Of a stretch of 64,000 nucleotides of DNA, positions 1-12,208 are shown one piece after another (positions within the stretch are counted from its first letter, which is position 1; every line of letters begins with the position of its first letter). The stretch is from Eledone cirrhosa (lineage: Eukaryota): positions 37,882,001 to 37,946,000 of the forward strand of contig OZ024746.1 in NCBI GenBank assembly GCA_964016885.1, read 5' to 3'. The notes beneath the pieces are model-generated. The model saw only the letters and a program-made list of their open reading frames with translations, made no database searches and had not been told where the DNA came from. A program made the position numbers and the translations under genes.

Positions 1-1316
1 TAACGATATGTGCTTTTACGATTCTCTAGAGAGGCCGGAAGATAGGTAAATATTGCTGATGAGTTGTAACAACAACGAAACTAGTTCAATATTCCTTGTC
101 TGGCTTTCTGGAGAATAGAGGAAAGGTGTTTCCTCAAAAACCAGTATGACTCTAAAAACCGGTTTGTCTGTGTGTTTACATACAGAATAGCTGGCCACTC
201 ACAGTAAAGTGACCAGTGAAAAAACTTGGTACATCTACATATGTATACGTGTGTGTATTCATATACATACTAGTATTTCAGTATACATATATGGATGTAC
301 ATCTTTAACTTAATTGTTTAAGCGTCAGTCATACAAAAGTGAGTTACAAACGAAACGAAATTTAATTTCGTTTCGTTATTTGTTTTTATCGTCTCCGTTG
401 AACCGGTACTTACTCACACTCTATGCAAATTAGTCTGCCCACTACTAATTTTCATAGAAAAAGCATATAACGATATGTGCTTTTACGATTCTCTAGAGAG
501 GTCGGAAGATAGGTAAATATTGCTGATGAGTTGTAACAACAACGAAACTAGTTCAATATTCCTTGTCTGGCTTTCTGGAGAATAGAGGAAAGGTGTTTCC
601 TCAAAAACCAGTATGACTCTAAAAACCGGTTTGTCTGTGTGTTTACATACAGAATAGCTGGCCACTCACAGTAAAGTGACCAGTGAAAAAACTTGGTACA
701 TCTACATATGTATACGTGTGTGTATTCATATACATACTAGTATTTCAGTATACATATATGGATGTACATCTTTAACTTAATTGTTTAAGCGTCAGTCATA
801 CAAAAGTGAGTTACAAACGAAACGAAATTTAATTTCGTTTCGTTATTTGTTTTTATCGTCTCCGTTGAACCGGTACTTACTCACACTCTATGCAAATTAG
901 TCTGCCCACTACTAATTTTCATAGAAAAAGCATATAACGATATGTGCTTTTACGATTCTCTAGAGAGGCCGGAAGATAGGTAAATATTGCTGATGAGTTG
1001 TAACAACAACGAAACTAGTTCAATATTCCTTGTCTGGCTTTCTGGAGAATAGAGGAAAGGTGTTTCCTAAAAAACCAGTATGACTCTAAAAACCGGTTTG
1101 TCTGTGTGTTTACATACAGAATAGCTGGCCACTCACAGTAAAGTGACCAGTGAAAAAACTTGGTACATCTACATATGTATACGTGTGTGTATTCATATAC
1201 ATACTAGTATTTCAGTATACATATATGGATGTACATCTTTAACTTAATTGTTTAAGCGTCAGTCATACAAAAGTGAGTTACAAACGAAACGAAATTTAAT
1301 TTCGTTTCGTTATTTG

Positions 1317-1320
<4 letters not shown>
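1..1320 (+). repeat. Tandem array of 467-bp units (about 2.8 copies visible, runs off the left edge), retrozyme-like, one hammerhead per unit
   Basis: Near-identical units start at 1, 468 and 935. The array ends at a TA within the unit and runs into (TA)n at 1321. Confidence 0.95.
49..93 (+). ncRNA. Minimal type I hammerhead ribozyme (copies at 516-560 and 983-1027)
   Basis: AATATTG-CTGATGA-GTTG(taacaa)CAAC-GAA-ACTAGT-T-CAATATT: 7-bp stem I, intact core, 4-bp stem II, palindromic stem III, GUU cleavage triplet. Confidence 0.85.
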
Positions 1321-1348
<28 letters not shown>

Positions 1349-1417
1349 ATCATATATATATATATTTCATATATATATATATATATATTCATATATATCT
1401 ATATATATTTATATATA

Positions 1418-1481
<64 letters not shown>

Positions 1482-1487
1482 CATATA

Positions 1488-1842
1488 TCATCATCATCAT
1501 CATCATCACCGTTTTACGTCCGTTCTTCCACGCTAGCATGGGTTAGACGGGTTGTCCTGTTGTGGGCAGTGTCTGGTCGGCTGACCATGCCTTGCTCATA
1601 CAGGAACTGATCTGGCTTGATTTCTACAGCTGGATGCCCTTCCTAACACCAACCTCATTTACAGTGAGTGCTGGGTGCTTTTTCGTGGCGCCTACACGTC
1701 CACTTTACAGTGTGGGCTGGGAGCTTTTTTGCCGTGGCACCTCCACGACCACCTTGCGGTGGGGGGGGGGGGGGGCATATTGTTTATATGCTTCAGCATG
1801 TACCCATGGGAGGTCGGGTACCCTGTATTACTGCGTGACGCC
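1488..1842 (-). mobile_element. 3' end fragment of an RTE-clade LINE (duplicate of 2182-2535)
   Basis: Near-identical to the 3' part of the copy at 2182-3098, with a (GAT)n tail read as (CAT)n on the + strand, next to (TA)n. Confidence 0.85.
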
Positions 1843-2181
1843 ATATATATAAATATGGTGCTTGTTAAACTCAGATCCATGGTGAGGGTGCTGTTATACA
1901 CACTCTCCAAATATCAGAGTAACCATATCATCTGGCAGTGAATTAATTCTATAGGTGTATCGGCCTCTTTTACTGTGATACCAGTGCTACACGGAGCCAC
2001 CCTCTATGCTTTCTGTACAAAGCCCTTTCAAAATCAAATCAATAATTATGACTCTGAGACAAGACATTCCATTCATCACTGATTGTTGGAACATTCCTGA
2101 TTTACCATCTTATATCGCAGTTGGGCAACAATGATGATGGTTAATTCCTATTGTATGTACGTGTGTGTGTGTGTGTATATA

Positions 2182-3098
2182 CATCATCATCATCATCATC
2201 ATCACCGTTTTACGTCCGTTCTTCCACGCTAGCATGGGTTAGACGGGTTGTCCTGTTGTGGGCAGTGTCTGGTCGGCTGACCATGCCTTGCTCATACAGG
2301 AACTGATCTGGCTTGATTTCTACAGCTGGATGCCCTTCCTAACACCAACCTCATTTACAGTGAGTGCTGGGTGTTTTTTCGTGGCGCCTACACGTCCACT
2401 TTACAGTGTGGGCTGGGTGCTTTTTTGCCGTGGCACCTCCACGACCACCTTGCGGGGGGGGGGGGGGGCATATTGTTTATATGCTTCAGCATGTACCCAT
2501 GGGAGGTCGGGTACCCTGTATTACTGCGTGACGCCAGAAGTCACGGTCGTGTGTCATTGACTTTGAGAGGTGTAGTTGGGTAAGGTCGGCTTTTATCACC
2601 TCATCCCAAGTCATCTTGGGTCTCCCCACTCCGCGGTTTCCATCAACTTCTAGTGCTCTGCACCTTTTTATGCAGCTGTCATCCTTCATACGCATCACAT
2701 GTCCATACCAGCGTAACCGCCTCTCCTGCACGCAGCATTTGATTCCTCTTATGCTCAGTCTCTCTCTCAATTCATTTATGCTTTGTCGTTCACGTATATT
2801 ACTGTTACACATCCATCGGAGCATGCAGGCTTCGTTTCTCTCTAATCTACGTAAGTCTTCCACCTTCAGCGCCCAGGTCTCACTACCATGCAACATCGCT
2901 GTTCGGATACACGCATCATACAGTCTGCCTTTCATTCTGAGGGAGAAGCCTTTTGCAGCTAGCAGTGGTAGTAGTTCCCTAAACTTCTTCCATCCCGTTC
3001 TTACCCTAGTTATTGTACTTTCTGAGCACCCACCTCCGTTGCTAATTCGGTCACCTAGGTAGCAGAAGCTGTCTACTGTTTCTACAGGGCCCTCCCAG
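2182..3098 (-). mobile_element. 5'-truncated RTE-clade LINE
   Basis: The 2486-3098 ORF encodes a typical RTE C-terminus (FCYLGD, MLHGSETW, RRLRWYGHVMR, GRPKMTW). It is followed by a 3' UTR and a (GAT)n tail, and is flanked by microsatellites. Confidence 0.9.
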
Positions 3099-3116
3099 AT
3101 ATATATATATATATTC

Positions 3117-3148
<32 letters not shown>

Positions 3149-3205
3149 TCATATATATATATATATATATTAATATATATATTTCTTCGCCGTTATGGCA
3201 TTAGC

Positions 3206-6102
3206 TTGTGCCAAGCTGAAAGGTTATTGAAAGACACTCTTTTCTGTTATAAAAAAACTACAATAACAACCGAACAAATCCGCTTCTTAAAACAATGTGT
3301 TTCTTCCAAAATATACACAACAAACATATCAAAACAAGTAAATAATTTATTATTGAACAAAACACAAGCTGAACGACTAAAACACACAATAACAGTTAAT
3401 ATGAAAAGAACAACATACACAAAATTCAACGAACTTTACAGACAGAAACGCATTAACTATAAGGAAGTCCAAAATCTCACCACACCAAACGAAAGGGATG
3501 ACTTCATGAGCGTCATCCGACGTGAAACGAAATACGCCCGAAACGAATGCAATAGGCATTTCAATAAGAAATTAGAATGGATGAATAAGAAAAAACTACA
3601 AGAAAGGAACATAGAATAATCTCAAAAATACCCAGATAACATCAACAATATCCGTATGACTGATGTAAAACTACCAAGAAGAATTTACCAATGACCACAC
3701 AGTAAATATTTATGGAAACACTTTAATCAGTGAACAAGAACAACAAATCCTGCAGCTACCACCAAAATTTGCCATCTATAAAAAGATTAACCCTATTCAG
3801 TGCAAAACGGAGCTGGAAAAGTGTTTCACAAAAATACGTTGGAATGCAAAAGTAAACAACAACAACAACAATAATAACGGTCGTAGTAATATAAACAATA
3901 ATTCTGAGTATAGAAATAACAGCTATAATAGTAATAGCCATAACAATAACAATAGCAGGAGAGTGAGAAATAATAATAATGGTAATAATGCTAACGATAG
4001 ACTGAACAACAACAACAACCACAATAATAATAATAGAAACATTAACTACAGACACAGCAGCAGCGACCACAGTAGTAATAACGGTAACAATACGAACAAC
4101 AACAACAACAACCACAGTGGTAATAATGGAAATAATACATGTAGCAACATTAATGATAGACACAACAAAAAGAAGAAACATAATAAAAGTAACAACCACA
4201 ATGGTAGAAATAACAGTAACAACAACAATAACGGTGAAGTAAACAACAATCACAGCAACAATACATCTAGCAATCATAACAACAATACATCTAACAATCA
4301 CAGCAACAATACATCTAGCAATCATAACAACAATACATCTAACAATCACAGCAACAATACACCTAGCAATCATAACAACAATACATCTAACAATCACAGC
4401 AACAATACATCTAGCAATCATAACAACAATACATCTAACAATCACAGCAACAATACATCTAGCAATCATAACAACAATACATCTAACAATCACAGCAACA
4501 ATACACCTAGCAATCATAACAACAATACATCTAACAATCACAGCAACAATACATCTAGCAATCATAACAATAATAATAATGCTAATGATAGGAACAACAA
4601 CAACCACCATAATAACAATTATAGCAACACACACAACTATGACGATAGATATAATGACAACACCTTAGAGAAACTATTTTTTAACCCAGCTGACAAAACA
4701 TATATGATGGGTAATATCTATCCTACGAGGTTACCCTTTAATAAAAGAGTTTGCATACCACAACAAATATATGACGAGACAGAGGCACAGTTCACCATAG
4801 CTAGAAATAAGTTTAGACAAATAGTAGACCGATATACTAAGAGACAGAGCAGAGCAGAGGCCCAACACCTTGGGAGGAAACCTGTAGAAAGCGTGGTTAG
4901 CCTCAAGCAGCGCACAAGGTATGGTGAGGTAGTATGTCTACCCACGGATAAGTCTGGTAGCATGTCAATAGATATCATGCCGAACTACGTCAAGGCTATG
5001 CAACCCCACGTCACCAACACGAGTGACATTGCACAGCAAACACATGATGGGAGAGAGAAAATCATCAACGCTCACATGATGATGTGGATCGACATCATAA
5101 AGCCAAGCAGACGCACTGCCAACAACTTCCAGGCGTCTAACAATGGCATACCACCATTGTATGGGCTCCGCAAAGACCACAAGACAGTCGACGACCCGAC
5201 AACAGGACTACCAACAAGACCCGTATGCGGAGCAAATATAGCTAGCAACTCCAGGATCTCCTACTTCCTCTCTATGGTTATACGCCCCATAATCAAGATG
5301 TCCCCAGATGTATGTGACAGTTCAGAGGACCTCCTCAGCAGAATCTGTGAGTGCAACAAAAACAGGAACCTATCCAACTGCATAATAGGCAGCATGGATA
5401 GGGTATCACTGTACCCATCAATTAACATTGATTTTGCTATGGAAAAATGTGTGGAGATGATCATTGAGATTGAGGTGGAGTTCTGCGACGTCGACACAGA
5501 CGAACTGGGCCTCCTACTTAGACTTACCTACGACACTGACTACCTAGACAGCCATGACCTTAGACGTTTCTGCCCTAGTAGACCCATAAGACGTAGACCC
5601 CCCACCATAACCTCAATGGCTAAAAAGACTCCCATGGGAAGGTGGATTGGGTGGACCAACGCTATACGGACCCCCCCAAAACAATGATCAGGTAAGAAAA
5701 ATGGTCGCACATGCAATAGGGGCTAGTATTAAAACTACCCTAAAGGGCCACATATTCAAGTTCAACGAGAAGATCTACACCCAAAATGAGGGAGCAGCCA
5801 TTGGCGTCAGCATAGCTGGTGATGTTGCCAACCTTTTTATGGTATGGTGGGAAAGGAGACTTAAAGATCTCCTTAATGAGAGCTCCATAGACCTCATCAT
5901 GTACTCTCGTTACGTAGAGGATATCAATATAGTTATAAGAACATCCCCACTAGAGAGCACTAAGAAGTTTGATTTAGAACGTAGCACAATGGAAAGCATC
6001 CAGCAGATAGTTAATTCCATACACCAGAGTATAACTGTAACTATCGACTACCCTCCCAAACACCCTAACAATGGACAACCTGTATTAGACACGGAACTCT
6101 AG
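3206..6102 (+). pseudogene. PLE reverse transcriptase, disrupted, with a long Asn-rich insert
   Basis: ORF pieces 3206-3619, about 3720-5687 and 5647-6102. Frameshift near the poly-C run at about 5670, catalytic YVDD reads YVED, stop at 6100. Confidence 0.85.
4243..4570 (+). repeat. In-frame 48-bp minisatellite (two 24-bp subunits) encoding NNHSNNTS-SNHNNNTS
   Basis: Repeating aacaatcacagcaacaatacatct/agcaatcataacaacaatacatct. A Pro variant recurs 144 bp apart. Confidence 0.9.
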
Positions 6103-6156
6103 ATTAACACTATAGACGAGAGAGCCCAAATTCTCCACTCACACTATGCTAAACCC

Positions 6157-7068
6157 ATGGCCTCAAAATACCTGATACTCAAAAACTCTGCAATGTCCAG
6201 TAGTGCTAATTTTAATATTCTGGTCGCAGATTCGGTACGATTGATGAAGAATGTGTCCCGCATGTGCGACCCAACAGAAATGGAAAGACACATCCAACAC
6301 TTCATTAACTGCATGCAGTTCTCTGGCTACAACCAAAGAGACAGAGTCAGAGTATACGAAGGAACCATGGAGAAGTATAAGACCCTCATAGAACTGGGCA
6401 TGAAAGGAATTTGCCCATTATACAGGAGCAAATCATGGAATAGCTTAAATAGGGCTAGACATAAGATAGGGAAAGCCACCTCATGGTACGACAACCAGAG
6501 ATACCAGAGTGTCATGTTTGTGGACGCTACCCCTGGAGGGAAATTAGCTAACCAGTGTAGAAAGAACCTGAGAAAGACCCACTTAAAGATTAAGGTGGTA
6601 GAAAAGCCAGGAACCACCATAAAATCCCTGATCAGCCAAACCTACCCTTTTAAGAAAACCCACTGTACTAATGGGAAATGTATCATATGTAAGGTAAACC
6701 CCCAGATAAACTGTAAGACTAGAAACGTAGTCTATAGCATAAGATGTAGAGAGGGTACTTGCAGAAACATGACAACAACATACATAGGCGAGACAGCTCG
6801 TAGCATAGGTGAAAGGATAGACCAACACTGGGGGGAACTAAAAGGACGAAAAAACGGGTCAGTACTATACGAACATGCCAGGCAACGACACGGCGGTAAC
6901 ATAGACAACATAGAAATTAGAATAATATCTAAACATAGAAATGACCCAGCAGATAGGCAAATCAGAGAGGCCAGTGAAATAGATCTTAGAAGGCCAAGAC
7001 TAAACGGAAAGAATGAATGGAATAACAACAACACCCAAACAAACAACACTGACCTAAGAGAAGGATGA
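6157..7068 (+). CDS. PLE thumb/linker and GIY-YIG endonuclease (C-terminal part of the broken PLE ORF)
   Basis: CxxxxCxxC linker, NVVYSIRC...YIGETARSIGERIDQH, conserved His, REA...P.LN. Confidence 0.85.
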   Translation: MASKYLILKNSAMSSSANFNILVADSVRLMKNVSRMCDPTEMERHIQHFINCMQFSGYNQRDRVRVYEGTMEKYKTLIELGMKGICPLYRSKSWNSLNRARHKIGKATSWYDNQRYQSVMFVDATPGGKLANQCRKNLRKTHLKIKVVEKPGTTIKSLISQTYPFKKTHCTNGKCIICKVNPQINCKTRNVVYSIRCREGTCRNMTTTYIGETARSIGERIDQHWGELKGRKNGSVLYEHARQRHGGNIDNIEIRIISKHRNDPADRQIREASEIDLRRPRLNGKNEWNNNNTQTNNTDLREG

Positions 7069-7336
7069 ATAAATAACTAAATAAATAGATAAATAAATAG
7101 ATAAATACATACACAAGCACAATAACAACAAACACATATAAACACACGCTAGTAAAGATAGAATACATTTAACCAATACACAGTCACCCAATCACGAACA
7201 CACATCAAACAAACACTATACACACACGCAAACGCATGCGCAAAGAAGACAAAATAAAATAAACAAATAAATAAAGATATAAACAGACTAAATAAAGATG
7301 GCGTAGAAAATACTATATAACGGGAGGAAACAATAG

Positions 7337-7380
7337 CACCACTGACGATGTTGCAGATGTGCAACGAAAGAACTTTGATA
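7337..7380 (+). ncRNA. PLE pseudo-LTR hammerhead with a degenerate stem I
   Basis: CTGACGA-t-GTTGCA(gatg)TGCAAC-GAAA-gaac-TT. It occupies the same position as the better-paired HHR at 13052-13096. Confidence 0.55.
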
Positions 7381-7636
7381 AACTATATATATGTGTTTGT
7401 GGCTATATTGTATCTGTATTATTTTTTACCTTTGGTCAGTCAATGGCCACATTGAGGAACGAATAAATGAGTTTACCGATATAAAAGACACATAAGCGAC
7501 AAGCGAAAACCAACCAAACAGTGAGTGTGTTCTGTTATTAATTCTGGCAATATTACACACATATTACCCTCCCCAAGTATAAATAATATATATATATATA
7601 TTCATGTATATTCATATATACTCATATGTATATATA

Positions 7637-7713
<77 letters not shown>

Positions 7714-8146
7714 AAATGAAGTAATTCCATCGGAAAAGTCCAGGAAAAAAGAGTGCTCTATGTAGGCAACAGAGCTTAATTATTATTATTATGTAATAAA
7801 CAACATAAGGCAATTATTCCATTTACCAGTGGTTTCTTAAAAGCAAAAGGTTTTGCTTTCAATCCTCAGAACGAAAAAATCCTGGTTTGTTTATTGAATT
7901 TGGATTACAAAAACAAAAATGCAATCTATATGAAAGTGAGGCTGGAGAAGGGAGAAGGAAAGGAAAAATAAAATAAAATAAAACTACACATGCAAACACA
8001 CACACAAAAAACCCAAAAGCATACTTACACACACATACATATATACATATATATATGTACGCATACATATATACATATACACATAAGAGGACATTATCTT
8101 TCATGCTAGAAAAACTTTACTTTTTACTAATGATATTTGGCTTAAA

Positions 8147-9375
8147 ATGTCAAACCCTGAAAGCTCTTTTGATGTTGCAATGGGTTCATATGACAGTGCG
8201 GACGTGTGTGACTTAGTAGGATTATTCCTTCTTCACACACTCAAAGAGAAATTTCCGTCCCATAATATCGGTTTATACCGTGATGACGGATTAGCGGTTT
8301 CTCATACCACCAACGGCCATAATCTTGATAAATTCCGTAAAGATTTAATCAATACTTTTGCTAATCTTAACCTTAAAATTACTATAGATACGAACCTTAC
8401 TAATGCTAACTTTCTTGATATTAATATTGATCTACTTACTGCCTCTTTTAAACCCTATCATAAACCTAATGAAAATCTTAGGTATATACACAAAGAGTCT
8501 TGCCATCCCCCTATAGTTTTTAATAATCTTATTCCTAACATTAGCCGTAGGATTTCTACCTTATCTTCGTCTATAGACATTTTTAATAAAGCCGCCCCTT
8601 ATTATAATAAAGCCCTTAAGAACAGCGGTTTTACAGAAAAAATTCTTATTTACCTACTCCCCCCCCCCCTAAAACTAACCATAATAACAGGAAAAGGAAG
8701 ATTATTTGGTTCACACCCCCCTTCTCTCTAACTGTCAAAACTAATGTAGGAAGAAAATTCCTTGAACTATTAGACAAACATTTTCCTCCTATTCATAGAT
8801 ATTATAAGATTTTTAATAGGAATGTAGTTAAGATCAGCTACTCTTGTTGCCCATCTATGAAGTCCAAAATCACCAGTTCAAACCGTACGAGGATAAATCC
8901 AGGATGCAGTTGCAGGAAGCCGGATGAATGCCCATTGCAGGGTAAATGTAACACAAAATCTGTCGTTTATGAGGCTAAGATAACGCCAGTTATCAACAAC
9001 CAGCCAGCCAGGAGTGAGCGATATGTCGGTATGACCCAGGACAGGTTTAAAACCAGATTTTACTCACATGTCGCTTCTTTTAAGCACTCCGATAAACGAA
9101 CATCAACGGCCCTCGCAAGTAAGGTATGGGATCTCAAGGATAGTAATATCCCGTACTCTATTGATTGGTCTATATTAGACCATTCGAGGGAGTACCAAAG
9201 GGGCACAAAGAATTGTTCTTTGTGCACCACAGAAAAGTATAGGATTTTGCTAAACTTGAGAGCCACTTCCGCTTGACTTAACTCAAAGACTGAAATCTTC
9301 AGATGCTGTCTTCATCTGAAATCGCATCTGATCTGTAACTGGATTGACACTCCTATGATAAATCAACCGCCTTGA
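8147..9375 (+). pseudogene. PLE RT C-terminal half plus GIY-YIG endonuclease (frameshifted)
   Basis: DVAMGSYDSADVCDLVG, GLYRDDGL, FLDI, KRKIIWFTPPFS...SYSC, CSCRKPDEC (CxCx5C), VVYEA...YVGMT..RFKTR, CSLCTTEK. The frame continues past the TGA at 9274 as LNSKTEIFRCCLH to 9375. Confidence 0.85.
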
Positions 9376-9578
9376 ACTCCTTCCCTGCTCTTTACTTCTG
9401 CTACGGTTTTTATTTTGCTGATTCTACCTTCTGTACTTCTGTATATTTACAAAATTTTTATCTCCCTTACCTCCTTTTATATTTTACCTCCTCTTAGCCC
9501 ACCCCCATATATTTTTCTTGTTTTGCCCTTCACATACCTATGTGTATGTGTATGTATTTTTGTGTGTATATATATATG

Positions 9579-9653
<75 letters not shown>

Positions 9654-9668
9654 ATGTGTGTGTGTGGT

Positions 9669-9699
<31 letters not shown>

Positions 9700-9839
9700 T
9701 TGTATTTGGTTGTGCGTGTTTTTTATATATACGTATTTGCATGTGTATAATTGTTTAGCTATGTATGTATATGTGTGTTTACGTATATGTGTGTGTGTGT
9801 GTGTGTGCGTTTATATTTTTATATTTTTGTATATATATG

Positions 9840-9910
<71 letters not shown>

Positions 9911-9914
<4 letters not shown>

Positions 9915-10669
9915 ATAAATGCTCTGAAATAGCGATATATATGTGAAGATAGACATAGAATATTCGAAAATATTCTGTATGTTTATAATAAACATTTTGA
10001 AGACCTAATCGCTATAGAATAGAATACGTCACGTATTACAATTAGATTCTCGATAAAAGCAAGGGAAGTAACCTACGCGTTTCATTCTTATTAGAAATTT
10101 TCAGGATTACATATCCAGTGCTTTTATCGAGAATGACACAGCTAGATACGTGATGTATTCTATTCTATAGCGATTTGGTCTTCAAAATGTTTATTATAAA
10201 CATACAGAATATTTTCGAATATTCTATGTCTATTGTAATACGTGACGTATTCTATTCTATAGCGATTAGGTCTTCAAAATGTTTATTATAAACATACAGA
10301 ATATTTTCGAATATTCTATGTCTATCTTCACATATATATCGCTATTTCAGAGCATTTATTCCAATTTCTAATTTCTGCTGGACCGGCAACCGCTCTTTCA
10401 AACCAGTTCCTGTACACAGCTAAGTATTCTATAAGTCTCTAGCTGTGTCATTCTCGATAAAAGCACTGGATATGTAATCCTGAAGATTTCTAATAAGAAT
10501 GAAACGCGTAGGTTACTTCCCTTGCTTTTATCGAGAATCTAATTGTAATACGTGACGTATTCTATTCTATAGCGATTAGGTCTTCAAAATGTTTATTATA
10601 AACATACAGAATATTTTCGAATATTCTATGTCTATCTTCACATATATATCGGTATTTCAGAGCATTTAT

Positions 10670-10720
<51 letters not shown>

Positions 10721-10856
10721 CATATATATACAAAAATATAAAAATATAAATGCACACACACACACACATATACGTAAACACACATATACATACATAGCTA
10801 AACAATTATACACATGCAAATACGTATATATAAAAAACACGCACAACCAAATACAA

Positions 10857-10904
<48 letters not shown>

Positions 10905-11632
10905 CCACACACACACATACATAAAAAAATAATAAATACATTCTATAGCGATTAGGTCTTCAAAATGTTTATTATAAACATGCAGAATATTTTCGAATAT
11001 TCTATGTCTATCTTCACATATATATCGCTATTTCAGAGCATTTATTCCAATTTCTAATTTCTGCCGGACCGGCAACCGCTCTTTCAAACCAGTTCCTGTA
11101 CACAGCTATGTATTCTATAAGTCTCTAGCTGTGTCATTCTCGATAAAAGCACTGGATATGTAATCCTGAAGATTTCTAATAAGAATGAAACGCGTAGGTT
11201 ACTTCCCTTGCTTTTATCGAGAATCTAATTGTAATACGTGACGTATTCTATTCTATAGCGATTAGGTCTTCAAAATGTTTATTATAAACATACAGAATAT
11301 TTTCGAATATTCTATGTCTATCTTCACATATATATCGCTATTTCAGAGCATTTATTCCAATTTCTAATTTCTGCCGGACCGGCAACCGCTCTTTCAAACC
11401 AGTTCCTGTACACAGCTAAGTATTCTATAAGTCTCTAGCTGTGTCATTCTCGATAAAAGCACTGGATATGTAATCCTGAAGATTTCTAATAAGAATGAAA
11501 CGCGTAGGTTACTTCCCTTGCTTTTATCGAGAATCTAATTGTAATACGTGACGTATTCTATTCTATAGCGATTAGGTCTTCAAAATATTTATTATAAACA
11601 TACAGAATATTTTCGAATATTCTATGTCTATC

Positions 11633-11636
<4 letters not shown>
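9911..11636. repeat. 310-bp unit retrozyme-like array (one inverted partial copy, then + strand copies)
   Basis: Units recur at 10941, 11251 and 11561, with a further copy at about 10234-10674 and an inverted partial copy at 9911-10145. Flanked by (TA)n. Confidence 0.9.
10474..10516 (+). ncRNA. Minimal type I hammerhead (copies at 11160-11202 and 11470-11512; minus-strand copy at 10068-10110 has G8>A)
   Basis: GTAATC-CTGAAGA-t-TTCT(aata)AGAA-t-GAA-ACGCGT-A-GGTTAC, enclosed by a 16-bp outer stem ATTCTCGATAAAAGCA/TGCTTTTATCGAGAAT. Confidence 0.85.
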
Positions 11637-11691
<55 letters not shown>

Positions 11692-12165
11692 ATATAATTA
11701 CATATACATGTGTGTGTGTTTATATTGTGTACGTGTGCGTGTTTGTGTATGTATGTGTATGTATGTGTTTTTGTATTTGTTTATGTATATTTATGTATGA
11801 GAGTGTGTGTATGTGTTTACTATTTCGTACGTATGTATACGTGCTTTTGTGTGTATTACTTAACACGCGTGTCTGTCCTGTTAGCTGGGTCATGTATCGG
11901 TGTCAAACATTTTTTAATATATATATATATTTTTTTTTTCTTATATTTATTTGCGTGTGTGAATATGTAGAGGAGTGCATTCATGTATGTGTATGTATGT
12001 ACGTTTTGTATGTTTGTGTGAATGTATGTATGTGTGTATATATATGTGTGTGTGTATGGCTATGTTTGTGTATGTGTATGCTTGTACACACACATGTGTA
12101 TGTGGGTGTATGTGTATGTGTGTATATGTATATATATATGTATATATATATATATATATATGTAC

Positions 12166-12208
<43 letters not shown>

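Larger units (their letters stand above)
3181..7585 (+). mobile_element. Near full-length Penelope-like element (family 1), inactivated
   Basis: PLE RT motifs (LPPKF...KIRW, PTDKSG, LYGLRKDHK/PTRPVCG, SMDRVSLYPSI, QNEGAAIG, YVED) plus a C-terminal GIY-YIG domain. Both ends sit in (TA)n. The 3' terminus is shared with other copies in the window. Confidence 0.9.

Noticed and set aside
3756-4634. 292-aa hydrophobic ORF on the minus strand
   Set aside because: It is the antisense shadow of the AAC/AAT-rich PLE insert.
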